A DNA stretch of 64,000 bases from an uncultured Alphaproteobacteria bacterium (GCA_963775545.1 CAVZJE010000013.1:313028-377027), one strand, 5' to 3'; positions 1-10,718 are shown, counted from the stretch's first letter. The notes: generated from the sequence alone by a model not told the origin. Translations and numbers: made by a program.

Positions 1-279
1 TTTCAGAAAATCGCGGTCCTTCAACTCGGCGGGTTTCCCGGCCCCCACTACAATGAGGCGCCTGGCCTTCAGACCCTGCGGCGCCAGAATGTCCAGAATC
101 GATCCGTTTTTTCCCTTGAACTGATTGGTTTCGGCCGCCCCCTTGATCAGATCTGCGGCTAATCCCAAAGCTTTACGCGTGGCAGGACCGAATTCGAGCT
201 CATCGTCGCAAAAGACCACCAGGACGCCGCTCGGGGCACCGGAAAACGGAACAAAGCCGACCTTGACGGCGTCGGTCAT
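1..279 (-). CDS. pepA: Leucyl aminopeptidase (M17) N-terminal fragment; the rest of the gene lies beyond the window start
   Basis: Not in the ORF track because it runs off the window. My reverse-complement translation from ATG 279-277 is open to position 1: [93 protein letters not shown]. This resembles the PepA N-terminal domain. A divergent pepA/lptFG arrangement is common in Proteobacteria. Confidence 0.6.
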   Translation of the reverse strand, partial: MTDAVKVGFVPFSGAPSGVLVVFCDDELEFGPATRKALGLAADLIKGAAETNQFKGKNGSILDILAPQGLKARRLIVVGAGKPAELKDRDFLK

Positions 280-309
280 CAGCAAATCCTCCAAGAATCA
301 GGGCAGTCG

Positions 310-451
310 TGACATTCGAATCCTGTCGCGGCGGGCTCGCTTACGAATGTCAGAACCAAGGGACACTAGCAAATACTGGATTCTAGTGCGGTTTTGGATT
401 TGGCCTTGGCCCGGAAGGCACAGGTGACATCGATGCGAATGTCAAATCCGC
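310..451. repeat. CTAG-capped hairpin doublet, locus A (partly decayed)
   Basis: TGACATTCG 310-318 pairs with CGAATGTCA 344-352. CACTAG 364-369, spacer caaatactggatt, CTAGTG 383-388. The right arm GCGAATGTCAAATCCGC 435-451 faces a decayed left arm, CGGTTTTGGATTTGGCCTTGGC. Same arm class as 42375-42454. Confidence 0.6.
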
Positions 452-700
452 TGCCGGTCGCCGCGCTGCCAAGCATCGCTCAAAGCTCCTGCACCACAAC
501 CGTGGCGGCAAGGCAACTAGTTCAAAATATTAACTATATGCTGAGGCCGCCATGGCTCAGCCATTTTGTTGACGGATCAAAGGGATGGTAGTGAGAATGT
601 AATGCCAGCCTGAGTAGCGCGGACCGGCCGAGGGGATCCCATCCGGGATTGGTCGTTCAACGCTCCAAAGGCACGCCAAGGTGGGACTGTTCGGTTAGCG

Positions 701-1870
701 ATGGGGTCGATCGACAAGTATATCTTTCGCACGACGCTGGCGTCGTTTGCGGTCGTCCTGGTCAGCCTGACAGGCGTGATCTGGATAACGCAGGCGTTGC
801 GGGGCATCGACCTGATGACGAGCCAGGGCCAGACCATCCTGACCTTCCTCGGCATCACGAGTTTGGTCATTCCGGCGCTGGTTCTGATCATCTCCCCGAT
901 CGCATTGATGATCTCGATCTCGCACACGTTGAACAAGCTGGCGACCGATTCGGAAATCATCGTGATGAATGCAGCCGGCTTCTCCCCGGTTCGCCTGTTC
1001 CGCCCGTTTATTTTTGCGACGTGCGTGGTCGCACTCATGGTGGCGTTCATCGCCGCCTATCTCGCGCCCGAAGGCTTGCGTCGAATCAAGCAATGGGACG
1101 CCGAAATCACCGCCGACGTGCTGACCAATGTCCTGCAGCCCGGCCGTTTCGCCCAGCTCGATCAGAATTTGACCATCCGAATCCGCGAACGGCAGCCGGG
1201 CGGCCTGCTGAAGGGTATCTTCATCGATGATCGCCGCGACCCCAAGGAACGCGTCAGCATCGTCGCCGACCACGGCACTGTGGTGAAGAACGCGGATGGT
1301 TCTTTCCTGATTCTTGAGGATGGAAATCTCCAGCGTTTCGAAGTTGGCAAGCGCGATCCCGCGCTGGTGGCGTTCGGCCGCTACGGCTTCGATATGTCAA
1401 AATTTTCCAACCAGGGTCACGACGTCGCGCTCGGCATTCGCGAACGCTACCTCTGGGAATTGCTGGCCCCTGAAAACTCGGACCCGATCTATCGGCAGCT
1501 ACCGGGACAATTTCGCGCGGAGCTGCATGACCGCTTCATGTCGCCGATCTACCCGTTCGCATTTGCCGCCCTCACCTTTGCCTTCCTCGGCGCACCGCGC
1601 ACGACGCGCCAGAGCCGAAATTTTTCGATTGGCGGTTCGATTCTTGCGGTGTTCGGATTGCGGATGGCGGGATTCGCCTGTTCGGTCTTGACGGTGAAAT
1701 CACCGCTTGCCGCACTCGTCCAGTATCTGATGCTGGTTGCCGCGATCGGCTTAAGTTTCTGGATCATCATTGGCGGCATCGTGATCGAGCCGCCCGCAGG
1801 CTTGATCGAAGCCATCAATCGATCGAACGAGCGCATTCTGCGGCTGTTTGGAAGGCCGGCCGCGGCATGA
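701..1870 (+). CDS. lptF: LPS export ABC transporter permease LptF
   Basis: 389-aa polytopic membrane ORF with a large periplasmic loop (YjgP/YjgQ-like). Its stop overlaps the next gene's start (ATGA at 1867-1870). Lies in lptF-lptG-lptD synteny. Confidence 0.85.
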   Translation: MGSIDKYIFRTTLASFAVVLVSLTGVIWITQALRGIDLMTSQGQTILTFLGITSLVIPALVLIISPIALMISISHTLNKLATDSEIIVMNAAGFSPVRLFRPFIFATCVVALMVAFIAAYLAPEGLRRIKQWDAEITADVLTNVLQPGRFAQLDQNLTIRIRERQPGGLLKGIFIDDRRDPKERVSIVADHGTVVKNADGSFLILEDGNLQRFEVGKRDPALVAFGRYGFDMSKFSNQGHDVALGIRERYLWELLAPENSDPIYRQLPGQFRAELHDRFMSPIYPFAFAALTFAFLGAPRTTRQSRNFSIGGSILAVFGLRMAGFACSVLTVKSPLAALVQYLMLVAAIGLSFWIIIGGIVIEPPAGLIEAINRSNERILRLFGRPAAA

Positions 1871-2964
1871 GCATGGTCACCAACACGCTCGGGCGCTACT
1901 TCGCCGGCCGCTTCGTGATCGCGGCGATCGGGGTTTTTGCCGCCATCTTCGTGCTTCTGGTGCTGGTCGATTACATCGAAATGGTGCGCAAGACGTCGGG
2001 GCTCGTGGACGTTTCCGCGATTGCGGTCGCGGAAACGTCGCTGTTCCGGGTGCCACAACTGCTCGAAAAGATGATGCCGTTTTGCATCCTGATCGGCGCC
2101 ATGACCTGCTATCTGGCGCTATCGCGGCGGCTTGAGCTCGTGGTGGCGCGGGCGGCGGGCGTCTCGGCTTGGCAGTTCATCGCGCCGGCGCTTGCCAGCG
2201 CGCTGGTGATGGGGGTCCTGGCCACGACCGCCTACAATCCGATGTCGGCCAACCTTCGCGAACTCTCCAAACAAATGGAGGCCAAACTGTTCGGCAACGC
2301 GCCCGGTGGCGGGGTACAGGATGCTACGGGCTTCTGGATCAACCAGGTCAATAGCGACGGACAGGCCATCATCAACGCCGCCCGTAGCGAGCAACAGGGG
2401 GTGCGGCTGACAGGGCTGACCGTGTTCCGCTTCGACAACGACAATCAGTTCAAGGAACGAATCGAGGCGCAGCAGGCCACCCTCGAGGAAGGGCACTGGC
2501 TATTCAAATCCGTCCGCCGATACACCCTCAATAGCCCACCGGTCGATCAGGATAGTTGGACGCTTCCCACCAGCCTCTCCCCTGCTCAGGTCCGGAACAG
2601 CTTCTCCACTCCCGAAACTGTGTCTTTTTGGCAACTACCCGACTACATCCGCTCGTCCGAGAGTTCAGGGTTCGCCACCGCCGGCTATCGGCTGCAGTAT
2701 CACAAGTTGATCGCACAGCCTTTTTTGCTGGCGGCCATGGTCATGGTGGCTGCCAGCGTGAGCCTTCGCTTCTTCCGTTTTGGCGGTGTTCAGAAGATGG
2801 TTTTGAGTGGCGTGGGCGCAGGCTTTCTGCTCTACGTTCTGTCCAAAGTAACCGAGGATTTGAGCAAGGCTGAGTTGATGCATCCGATCGCTTCGGCGTG
2901 GCTGCCGGTATGTGTTGGCGGCCTCACCGGCTTTTTGGCCTTGTTGTACCAGGAGGACGGGTAG
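1867..2964 (+). CDS. lptG: LPS export ABC transporter permease LptG
   Basis: 365-aa paralogous permease directly coupled to lptF. Confidence 0.85.
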   Translation: MSMVTNTLGRYFAGRFVIAAIGVFAAIFVLLVLVDYIEMVRKTSGLVDVSAIAVAETSLFRVPQLLEKMMPFCILIGAMTCYLALSRRLELVVARAAGVSAWQFIAPALASALVMGVLATTAYNPMSANLRELSKQMEAKLFGNAPGGGVQDATGFWINQVNSDGQAIINAARSEQQGVRLTGLTVFRFDNDNQFKERIEAQQATLEEGHWLFKSVRRYTLNSPPVDQDSWTLPTSLSPAQVRNSFSTPETVSFWQLPDYIRSSESSGFATAGYRLQYHKLIAQPFLLAAMVMVAASVSLRFFRFGGVQKMVLSGVGAGFLLYVLSKVTEDLSKAELMHPIASAWLPVCVGGLTGFLALLYQEDG

Positions 2965-5444
2965 TGGCTGTTCGTGCCGCCCTCCAAGGAAGCTGGTCAG
3001 TGTTACAGCGACGCACGGTTGTGCGGCGCGAGAGTGCTGTCGTGACCGGCGTCCGGAAGGCGGTTTTTTCGGCCGCAATCGGTTTGCTGCTGTTCGGCGC
3101 TCTTGGGCTGGTGGCAACACCGCCCGCTTTCGCACAAAGTTTCACCTACAATCCGAGACCCCCCAAGCCTGTCACGCAACGTCCGGCCAATGACGGACAG
3201 ATGCTGGTGCAGGCCAATGAGGTGGATTACGACTACAACAATTCGCGGGTGTCGGCGGTCGGCAACGTGCAGCTGTACTACAACGGCACCAGCGTCGAGG
3301 CGGACAAGGTCATCTACGACCAGAAGACCAAGCGGTTGCATGCCGAAGGCAACATCCGCATGACCGACGTTGACGGCAAGATCACCTACGCCGACGTCCT
3401 GGATTTGAGCGACGACTATCGCGACGGCTTCGTCGATTCGCTCCATGTCGACACGGCCGACGCCACGCGCATGGCCGCCACACGCGCGGATCGCAGCAAC
3501 GGCAACTACACCGTATTCGAAAACGGCGTCTATACGGCGTGCGCGCCTTGCAAGGACGATCCGAAGAAGCCGCCGCTGTGGCAGGTCAAGGGGATGCGCA
3601 TCATCCACGACCAGATCGACAAGATGCTCTACTTCGAGAACGCGCAGCTGGAGTTCTTTGGCGTTCCGCTGGCCTATATCCCCTACTTCTCCGCGCCCGA
3701 TCCGACCGTGAAGCGCAAATCAGGCTTCCTGACGCCGAACATTTCGAGCAACAGCACCTACGGATACGCAATCGAGGTTCCCTATTACTGGGCGATTGCG
3801 CCGGACTATGACGCGACTTTCAACCCGCGCTTCATGACCCAGCAAGGCGTGCTGATGCAGGCGGAGTTCCGTCAGCGCCTGATGGATGGCTCGTATCAAA
3901 TCCGCGCCTACGGCATCGATCAGCTCGATCCCGGCGCCTTCGCCGGCCAGGCTGGCGACAAGCAGTTCCGCGGCGGCCTCGAAACCAAGGGCGAATTCGC
4001 CCTGAACGACAAGTGGGTGTGGGGTTGGGAAGGCATCGCGCTGTCCGACTACATGCTGCTGTCGGACTACAAACTCGCGGCCTACAAGGATCCTTTCCAG
4101 TCGTTCCTGACGCTCCCGACGGAAGCGCCGTCGCAGCTTTATCTGACCGGGGTCGGCAACCGCAGCTACTTCGATGCGCGCACGATCTATTACGAAAGCC
4201 TGTCCGGCAGCCAGTCGCAGGTGCCGGTGATCTGGCCGGTGGTCGACTATTCCAACGTCATCAATCACCCGGTCCTGGGTGGTGAGGTCTCTTACAAAAC
4301 CAACTTCACCAACCTCACCCGCTCCGATGCGGTGTTCGACGCGATCAACCCTGTGGCCGCCGCCAATGGCGCGTGCTTGCTCAATTCAGCTGATTCGGCC
4401 CAAAGCATCGTCCGCCAGAACTGCCTGATGCGCGGCATGCCCGGCACCTATACGCGGCTCACGGGCGAAGCCGATTGGCGGCGCTCGTTCACGGACTCGG
4501 CCGGTGAAATCTGGACGCCATTTGCCAGCGTCCGCGCCGACGCCGTCAATGCCGATATTTCCAACCAACCGGGCGTCGCCAGCTTCCTGCCTGTCGGCGA
4601 CACCCAGGCGCTACGGGTGATGCCGACTGTCGGCATGGAATATCGCTACCCCTTCATCAACGTTCAGCCGTGGGGCTCCACCACCATCGAGCCGATTGCC
4701 CAGGTCATTATCCGCCCGAACGAATCCTATGCGGGCAAATTGCCCAACGAAGACTCGCAGAGCATGGTGTTCGACACCTCCAACCTGTTCGAGGTCGACA
4801 AGTTCTCCGGCTATGACCGGGTCGAAGGCGGCGGGCGGGCCAATGCCGGCGTGCAGGCGACCACCCAGTTCGACCGCGGCGGATCGATCACCGCGGTGTT
4901 CGGCCAGTCCTACCAGCTGTTCGGCATGAACTCCTACGCGGTGCAGGACGTTACCAATACCGGGGTCGATTCGGGCTTGCAGACCCCGAAGTCGGACTAT
5001 GTCGCGAGCCTGGCCTATTCGCCGAACCGGACCTACACGATCTCGACGCGGGCGCGCTTCGACCAGGCGACTGGAAATATCGAGCGTTTCGAGACGGAGG
5101 CAAGCGCGCACTTCGATCGCTGGTCCGTCAGCGTGCTGTACGGCGACTACGCCGCGCAGCCGGACCTCGGGTTCCTGACCCGCCGCGAGGGCGTTCTGGT
5201 CTCGGGCTCGGTCAAGGTTGCAAACAACTGGGTCGCCCAGGGCGCGGCCCGCTGGGATCTGGTTGCCAACCAGATCAACCAATACGTCGTCGGCGCGGGC
5301 TATGTGGATGACTGCTTCGTGCTCGCCGCCAACTACGTCACCTCCTTCTCCTACGCCACCACCACCTCGCCGCCCATCCTTGGTCATGCCTTCATGTTGC
5401 AGATCGGCTTGCGGACCCTTGCCAATACGAATGCGCAAAACTAA
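2964..5444 (+). CDS. lptD: LPS-assembly outer membrane protein LptD
   Basis: The ORF track runs 2898..5444. Signal peptide VRKAVFSAAIGLLLFGALGLVATPPAFAQ, then a large beta-barrel-type sequence. I prefer GTG 2964, which has AGGAGGA at 2951-2957, 6 nt upstream. GTG 3042 is an alternative. Confidence 0.85.
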   Translation: MAVRAALQGSWSVLQRRTVVRRESAVVTGVRKAVFSAAIGLLLFGALGLVATPPAFAQSFTYNPRPPKPVTQRPANDGQMLVQANEVDYDYNNSRVSAVGNVQLYYNGTSVEADKVIYDQKTKRLHAEGNIRMTDVDGKITYADVLDLSDDYRDGFVDSLHVDTADATRMAATRADRSNGNYTVFENGVYTACAPCKDDPKKPPLWQVKGMRIIHDQIDKMLYFENAQLEFFGVPLAYIPYFSAPDPTVKRKSGFLTPNISSNSTYGYAIEVPYYWAIAPDYDATFNPRFMTQQGVLMQAEFRQRLMDGSYQIRAYGIDQLDPGAFAGQAGDKQFRGGLETKGEFALNDKWVWGWEGIALSDYMLLSDYKLAAYKDPFQSFLTLPTEAPSQLYLTGVGNRSYFDARTIYYESLSGSQSQVPVIWPVVDYSNVINHPVLGGEVSYKTNFTNLTRSDAVFDAINPVAAANGACLLNSADSAQSIVRQNCLMRGMPGTYTRLTGEADWRRSFTDSAGEIWTPFASVRADAVNADISNQPGVASFLPVGDTQALRVMPTVGMEYRYPFINVQPWGSTTIEPIAQVIIRPNESYAGKLPNEDSQSMVFDTSNLFEVDKFSGYDRVEGGGRANAGVQATTQFDRGGSITAVFGQSYQLFGMNSYAVQDVTNTGVDSGLQTPKSDYVASLAYSPNRTYTISTRARFDQATGNIERFETEASAHFDRWSVSVLYGDYAAQPDLGFLTRREGVLVSGSVKVANNWVAQGAARWDLVANQINQYVVGAGYVDDCFVLAANYVTSFSYATTTSPPILGHAFMLQIGLRTLANTNAQN

Positions 5445-5624
5445 GTCTTGGCGAAGGCACGCGGGCGTCATTGCCCGGTAAGGCAATAGGTCCCTGCGAA
5501 GGTCGAAGCAAGGAGCCGCCGACAAGCATGGGTTCTGGTCGGGTTTTGGATTAATGATCGCCTTGCCGGCGACGTGACGTCAAATCTGCTTCATTCGACT
5601 TGGGCTAACGTAGCGAAGATAACC

Positions 5625-6575
5625 ATGACCGTTACATTCTTCAGAAGGCTTTCAACGCTCATCCTGGGCGGCGGCATGGCCGTTGTTTTGATGGTGGCAA
5701 CCCCGTCGCCGGCAAGGGCGCAGCAAGTCGTTGTCATGGTCAACGGCGAACCCATCACGAATTTCGACATCGAGCAGCGTTCCAAGCTGACCATGCTGAG
5801 CACCCATAAAATGCCGGAGCGTCAGGATGTGATCAACGAGTTGATCGACGAAAAGGTGAAAATCAGGGAAGGAAAGAAATTCAGCATCGATCCTTCCGCC
5901 AGCGACATCGATCAATCCTATGCCGCCATGAGCGGACGAATGCGCATCACTCCGGACCAGTTGACGAAGACGCTGGAGGCCCAGGGCATTCGTGCCGAGA
6001 CGCTCAAGGCGCGCATCAGGGCCGACATGGTGTGGAGCAACCTGGTTCGCGGCCGATACAAGGAAAGCCTTCAGATCGGCGAAAAAGAAGTCGCTGCGGC
6101 GGCCCAGGAAAGCGGCGACGAAAAGGCCACTGAAACCCAAGGCTTCGAATACAAGATGCAGCCGGTCGTGCTGGTTGTGCCGCGAGGGTCTGGACCGGAT
6201 GTCACTGAAGCACGCAAGAAGGAGGCCGAGGCTTTGCGTACGCGCATCCAGACCTGCGCCGAGGCAAACGCATTCTTCAAATCGATGCAGAACGCGGCGA
6301 TACGCGAGACCGTGGTCAAAACCTCGGCCGACATGCCCGCTGCACTCCGCGAGATTCTCGACAACACGCCGATCGGCCACCTGACGCCGCCCGAAATAAC
6401 CAAGCAGGGGGTCGAGATGGTCGTGCTGTGCGCAAGAGACCCGACCAAGATGGACACGCCTAAAAAGCGAGAAATTCGCGACAAGATGTACAGCGCCAAA
6501 TACGAGGCGAAGTCGAAGTCGTATTTGCAGGACGTCCGCCGAGCCGCAATGATCGAATATCCGAAGTCGCAATAA
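5625..6575 (+). CDS. surA: SurA-like periplasmic chaperone / peptidyl-prolyl isomerase
   Basis: ORF 5574..6575. Internal ATG 5625 gives the signal peptide MTVTFFRRLSTLILGGGMAVVLMVATPSPARA. Conserved lptD-surA-pdxA-rsmA order. Confidence 0.7.
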   Translation: MTVTFFRRLSTLILGGGMAVVLMVATPSPARAQQVVVMVNGEPITNFDIEQRSKLTMLSTHKMPERQDVINELIDEKVKIREGKKFSIDPSASDIDQSYAAMSGRMRITPDQLTKTLEAQGIRAETLKARIRADMVWSNLVRGRYKESLQIGEKEVAAAAQESGDEKATETQGFEYKMQPVVLVVPRGSGPDVTEARKKEAEALRTRIQTCAEANAFFKSMQNAAIRETVVKTSADMPAALREILDNTPIGHLTPPEITKQGVEMVVLCARDPTKMDTPKKREIRDKMYSAKYEAKSKSYLQDVRRAAMIEYPKSQ

Positions 6576-6592
6576 TCGGATATCGTTGACGC

Positions 6593-7597
6593 ATGGCAAA
6601 GCCTATTGCGCTGACATCGGGCGAGCCCGCTGGAATCGGACCCGACATTACGCTCAAGGCATGGCTACGCCGTAACGAACTCAAATTGCCTGCCTTCTAT
6701 TGGCTGGGCGATGCTGCCTCGCTCGACCGCCGGGCCAAGACGCTTGGACTAGACGTCAGGCTCGCCGAGGTTCGCCCTGAAGACGCAGGCGGCACATTTG
6801 CGCAAGCCTTGCCGGTCGTCGCCACCGGTCAGGTCGCAACCGCACAACCCGGTCACCCCGATGACAGCAGTGCCGATGCGGCCATGGCCTCGATTCGCCA
6901 GGCGGTAGGCGACGTGATGGCGGGCCGGGCGGGCGCGGTCGTCACCAATCCGATTGCCAAGAACGTGCTCTACCGTGCCGGTTTTCGCCACCCCGGTCAT
7001 ACCGAATATCTTGCCGAACTTGCCGCGACGAGCGCTTCCACACCTCAGCCCGTCATGATGTTGTGGTCGCCGGCGCTTGCCGTCGTGCCTGTCACCATTC
7101 ATGTCTCGTTGCGCGAGGCGCTGGCTCAGCTTTCTAGCGACCTGATCGTCACGACGGCGCGTATCGCGGCAGCCGAACTGAAATCCCACTTCGGAATTGC
7201 GCGTCCCCGTCTCGCCGTGTCCGGTCTCAACCCGCATGCGGGCGAGGACGGCTCATTGGGTACCGAGGACCAGACCATCGTGGCGCCCGCCGTCAATCGC
7301 CTGCGCGGCGAGGGTTTGGAAATCCGGGGACCCCTGCCGGCCGATACGATGTTCCACGAAGCCGCGCGGCGGACATATGATTGCGCGATCTGCATGTACC
7401 ACGACCAGGCGCTGATCCCGATCAAGACCCTCGCCTTCGAGGATGCCGTCAACGTCACCCTGGGGTTACCGTTCATCCGCACCTCGCCCGATCACGGGAC
7501 GGCTTTCGACATTGCCGGAACGGGCAAGGCCAATCCGTCGAGCCTGATCGCGGCATTGAGGCTTGCCGCCCGCATGGCCGACGCTCGACGCGCATGA
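6593..7597 (+). CDS. pdxA: 4-hydroxythreonine-4-phosphate dehydrogenase
   Basis: 334 aa with family motifs ([29 protein letters not shown]). Confidence 0.9.
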   Translation: MAKPIALTSGEPAGIGPDITLKAWLRRNELKLPAFYWLGDAASLDRRAKTLGLDVRLAEVRPEDAGGTFAQALPVVATGQVATAQPGHPDDSSADAAMASIRQAVGDVMAGRAGAVVTNPIAKNVLYRAGFRHPGHTEYLAELAATSASTPQPVMMLWSPALAVVPVTIHVSLREALAQLSSDLIVTTARIAAAELKSHFGIARPRLAVSGLNPHAGEDGSLGTEDQTIVAPAVNRLRGEGLEIRGPLPADTMFHEAARRTYDCAICMYHDQALIPIKTLAFEDAVNVTLGLPFIRTSPDHGTAFDIAGTGKANPSSLIAALRLAARMADARRA

Positions 7598-8448
7598 GTG
7601 CGATCGACGACCTTCCGCCACTGCGCGAGGTCATTCGCCGCCATTCGCTGTCGGCCCGCAAATCTCTTGGGCAGAATTTCCTGCTCGACCTCAACCTCAC
7701 CGCCAGGATCGCGCGCGCCGCCGGTCCGCTTGAAGATGCGACCATTGTCGAGATCGGGCCCGGCCCCGGTGGGCTAACGCGTGCGCTGCTGGCATCGGGC
7801 GCGCGCCACGTGATCGCCGTCGAACGCGACGAACGCGCCCTGCCAGCGCTCCAAGAAATTGCCACGCGATATCCGGGACGGCTGGAGGTCGTCTGTGCCG
7901 ATGCGCAACATTTCGACCCACGTCCATGGCTCGGATCCGGCCGCGCAAAAATCGTCGCCAACCTGCCTTACAATATCGCGACCGCACTCCTGATCGATTG
8001 GCTGTCGATCGAACCCTGGCCGCCCTGGTACGACACGATGGTGCTGATGTTTCAGCGCGAGGTCGCCGAGCGTATCGTGGCACACGAGAACGACGAGGCC
8101 TATGGACGGCTCGGCGTGCTCGCGAACTGGCGCGCCGAGACAAAAATCCTGTTCGACATTTCGCCGGCGGCTTTCGTGCCGCAACCCAAAGTGACCTCCT
8201 CTGTCGTGCGGTTGCTGCCGCGCCCGGCCCCGGAAGTCTGCGACCGCCGCGCGCTGGAGCAGGTGGCTGCGGCAGCCTTCGGTCAAAGACGAAAGATGCT
8301 GCGTCAAAGCCTGAAATCACTGGCGGTTGACCCGGCCCGGCTGGTCGCCGCGGCCCAGGTCGATTTGACCCGGCGCGCGGAGACCGTTCCCGTCGGCGGC
8401 TTTGTTGCCATGGCTCGGGAATTGACCCATATACGCAACGCCACCTAA
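7594..8448 (+). CDS. rsmA: 16S rRNA (adenine1518/1519-N6)-dimethyltransferase
   Basis: ORF 7381..8448. The real start, [14 protein letters not shown] at 7594, overlaps the pdxA stop (ATGA). Motifs LGQNFL and [10 protein letters not shown]. Confidence 0.9.
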   Translation: MSAIDDLPPLREVIRRHSLSARKSLGQNFLLDLNLTARIARAAGPLEDATIVEIGPGPGGLTRALLASGARHVIAVERDERALPALQEIATRYPGRLEVVCADAQHFDPRPWLGSGRAKIVANLPYNIATALLIDWLSIEPWPPWYDTMVLMFQREVAERIVAHENDEAYGRLGVLANWRAETKILFDISPAAFVPQPKVTSSVVRLLPRPAPEVCDRRALEQVAAAAFGQRRKMLRQSLKSLAVDPARLVAAAQVDLTRRAETVPVGGFVAMARELTHIRNAT

Positions 8449-8468
8449 ATATTCTCCGGAGACGTCTC

Positions 8469-9527
8469 ATGCCGCTCATGCGCCGCCAATCGCTGGTCAA
8501 ATTCGATGCTCCGCTGTGCGAAACCGTCATCGATGCGCCCAAGCCTGCCGGCCGGGAGGTTCTGGTCCGGATCGAGCGCTGCGGCCTTTGCCATTCCGAT
8601 CTCCACATTCAGGACGGCTATGCCGATCTCGGCGGTGGCAAGAAGCTCGACACCACCCGCGGAATGACATTGCCTTTCACGCTCGGCCACGAGATCGCAG
8701 GCGTCGTCGAGGAAGTTGGCCCGGACGTGTCGAAGGATATCGTCGGCGCAAAGCGCGCTGTATTCCCGTGGATCGGCTGTGGTCAATGTCGCGAATGTTT
8801 GGCCGGTGATGAAAACCTCTGCGCCAAACAGCGGTTTCTCGGCGTTGCTATCGACGGCGGCTTTGCCACCCATGTGCTGGTGCCGGACGCGAAATACCTG
8901 CTGGAATACGATCCGCTGCCGGTCAATCAGGCCGCGACGCTGATGTGTTCAGGGGTTACCGCTTACGGCGCGCTGAAACGGCTGGTCGACCGCCCGCGAC
9001 AGCGCAACCTGCTGCTGATCGGTCTCGGCGGCGTTGGTATGATGGGACTTGCCTTTGCGCAGGCGATGTTCAAGCAGCCGATCACGGTCGCCGACCTGAG
9101 CGCAGCGGCCCGCGAAACGGCGCTCAAGAACGGTGCGGCCTTTGCCTACGATCCGTCCGAGCCGGAGATCAGCAGGCGCATCACCAAGGAAACCGACGGC
9201 GGATTCGACGAGATCGTCGATTTTGCCGGCAACGAAAAGTCGATGGCGTTTGCGGTTTCGGTTCTGGCGCGCGGCGGCAAGATCGCCGTCTCGGGCCTCA
9301 TGGGCGGCAATTTCAGCCTGCCCATGGTGCAATGGATCTACAAGCGCATGACGATCGAAGGCTTCATGGTCGGGACGCTTGGCGAAGCGCATGAGCTCAT
9401 GGCGCTGGCGCGCGCCGGCAAGATCAAGCCCACCCCAATGAAGGAGGAGCCGATGGCGGATGTCCAGAAATGGATCAACTCGCTGCGGTCGGGGCAGGTC
9501 GTCGGCCGCATCGTGCTGAAAAACTAA
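8469..9527 (+). CDS. Zinc-dependent alcohol dehydrogenase family oxidoreductase
   Basis: 352 aa with GLCHSDLH, GHEIAGVV, CGQCRECLAGDENLC and a Rossmann GLGGVG motif. Confidence 0.8.
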   Translation: MPLMRRQSLVKFDAPLCETVIDAPKPAGREVLVRIERCGLCHSDLHIQDGYADLGGGKKLDTTRGMTLPFTLGHEIAGVVEEVGPDVSKDIVGAKRAVFPWIGCGQCRECLAGDENLCAKQRFLGVAIDGGFATHVLVPDAKYLLEYDPLPVNQAATLMCSGVTAYGALKRLVDRPRQRNLLLIGLGGVGMMGLAFAQAMFKQPITVADLSAAARETALKNGAAFAYDPSEPEISRRITKETDGGFDEIVDFAGNEKSMAFAVSVLARGGKIAVSGLMGGNFSLPMVQWIYKRMTIEGFMVGTLGEAHELMALARAGKIKPTPMKEEPMADVQKWINSLRSGQVVGRIVLKN

Positions 9528-9591
9528 GGCTCTACCGAAGAACTAGGGCCTCGGAATCATCATCCAGAGCGTGTCCATAAGGCAACGGGCG

Positions 9592-9756
9592 CCAGTGTGG
9601 CGGTTCAGAAGTCCGCATCGGTTGTGCCGCGTGTTGGTCATGCGGACTTCTGAACCAAAGCCACACCAGATCAATAGGTTTGCCAGTGTCCTTTCGATTC
9701 CGAAGTTCGAAACGTGGCTCCGCAAAATTCTACGAACTTCGGAATCGGGACACTAG
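9592..9756. repeat. CTAG-capped hairpin doublet, locus D
   Basis: Module 1: CCAGTG 9592-9597, with arm TGTGGCGGTTCAGAAGTCCGCAT pairing ATGCGGACTTCTGAACCaaaGCCACA, closing CACCAG 9664-9669. Spacer atcaataggtttg. Module 2: CCAGTG 9683-9688, with arm TCCTTTCGATTCCGAAGTTCG pairing CGAACTTCGGAATCGGGA, closing CACTAG 9751-9756. Roughly 90 percent identical to 46724-46889 by eye. Confidence 0.8.
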
Positions 9757-9857
9757 CCCGAATTAAGCCTTATGCTGTCCGGATTTGCGGCGTATTGCGA
9801 CCCAAGTTTTTGGGGAAGTTTGGCGTGTGAAATGTACCGCGTTCACCGGAGCTACGC

Positions 9858-10718
9858 ATGCCAAGCCGAACCGCGAAATCCGCATCAGCTATTTTTGTCG
9901 GCATTCTCGCAAGTCTTCCACTTACAATGATGGCGCGCGGCGAGACGCCCGCAGCAGATAGCTGCCTTTCCAGTCCGAAAGGCGAAACGCCACCAGGTGG
10001 CCATTGGCGCTATCACATCGATCACGCCAATAAACGCAACTGCTGGTATCTTCGTCTTGAGGACGGCGGGGTGTCGCAGGCCATTCCGCAAAACAGCCAG
10101 CCATCGCCCTCTCCCATCGCGAAGCCATCGGTCGCCGATGCCCGCGCCGAATTCCGCCCGCAGGCGGTCCGTGAAGACACCCTCACCGTCAGCCCGCCCT
10201 CCAATAATGCTGCAGGTAAAGAGACCAGTTCTGCAAACACTTCGATCTGGAACGCAACTGCCGCCGTGGCCACGCGCTGGCCGGCATTGCCACCGGCATT
10301 CGCCATGCCGAAGGTAGCGGCGAGCACGGCCGCTCCCGCCAGCGATGTAACGCAATCATCCACCGACCCAGTTCCGGCCGCCGCTCGGTCGGCTCCCTTC
10401 ACCTATTTATCCATGCCGATTCGGCCGGAAATGATTCCGACGCTGTTCGCCGCCACGATCGGCGCACTGGCTTTTGCCGGCGCCGCAGCGCTCATCTCCA
10501 GACGTCGCCGGACGCGGCTGCGCCGCCGCGTGGCGCAATCTGCACGGGATCCGGTGTGGGAAACGACCGACGACGACCGGATCATCCTGTCGGATTACCC
10601 ATCCCAGGATAAAGCGGAATATCGGCCGCGATTTGCCCGGAGCGTCAAGAACGCCGCGCCGTCGAACAAGCGCGCGGCGGAATTTGCCTCGCGCGCACCC
10701 CGGTACGCGCGGAGGTAA
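9858..10718 (+). CDS. Hypothetical secreted/membrane-anchored Pro/Ala-rich protein
   Basis: 286-aa ORF. Signal peptide AIFVGILASLPLTMMARG, two-Cys N-terminal motif (CLSSPKGETPPGGHWRYHIDHANKRNCWYL), low-complexity middle, C-proximal TM helix IPTLFAATIGALAFAGAAALI followed by an Arg-rich stretch. Confidence 0.5.
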   Translation: MPSRTAKSASAIFVGILASLPLTMMARGETPAADSCLSSPKGETPPGGHWRYHIDHANKRNCWYLRLEDGGVSQAIPQNSQPSPSPIAKPSVADARAEFRPQAVREDTLTVSPPSNNAAGKETSSANTSIWNATAAVATRWPALPPAFAMPKVAASTAAPASDVTQSSTDPVPAAARSAPFTYLSMPIRPEMIPTLFAATIGALAFAGAAALISRRRRTRLRRRVAQSARDPVWETTDDDRIILSDYPSQDKAEYRPRFARSVKNAAPSNKRAAEFASRAPRYARR

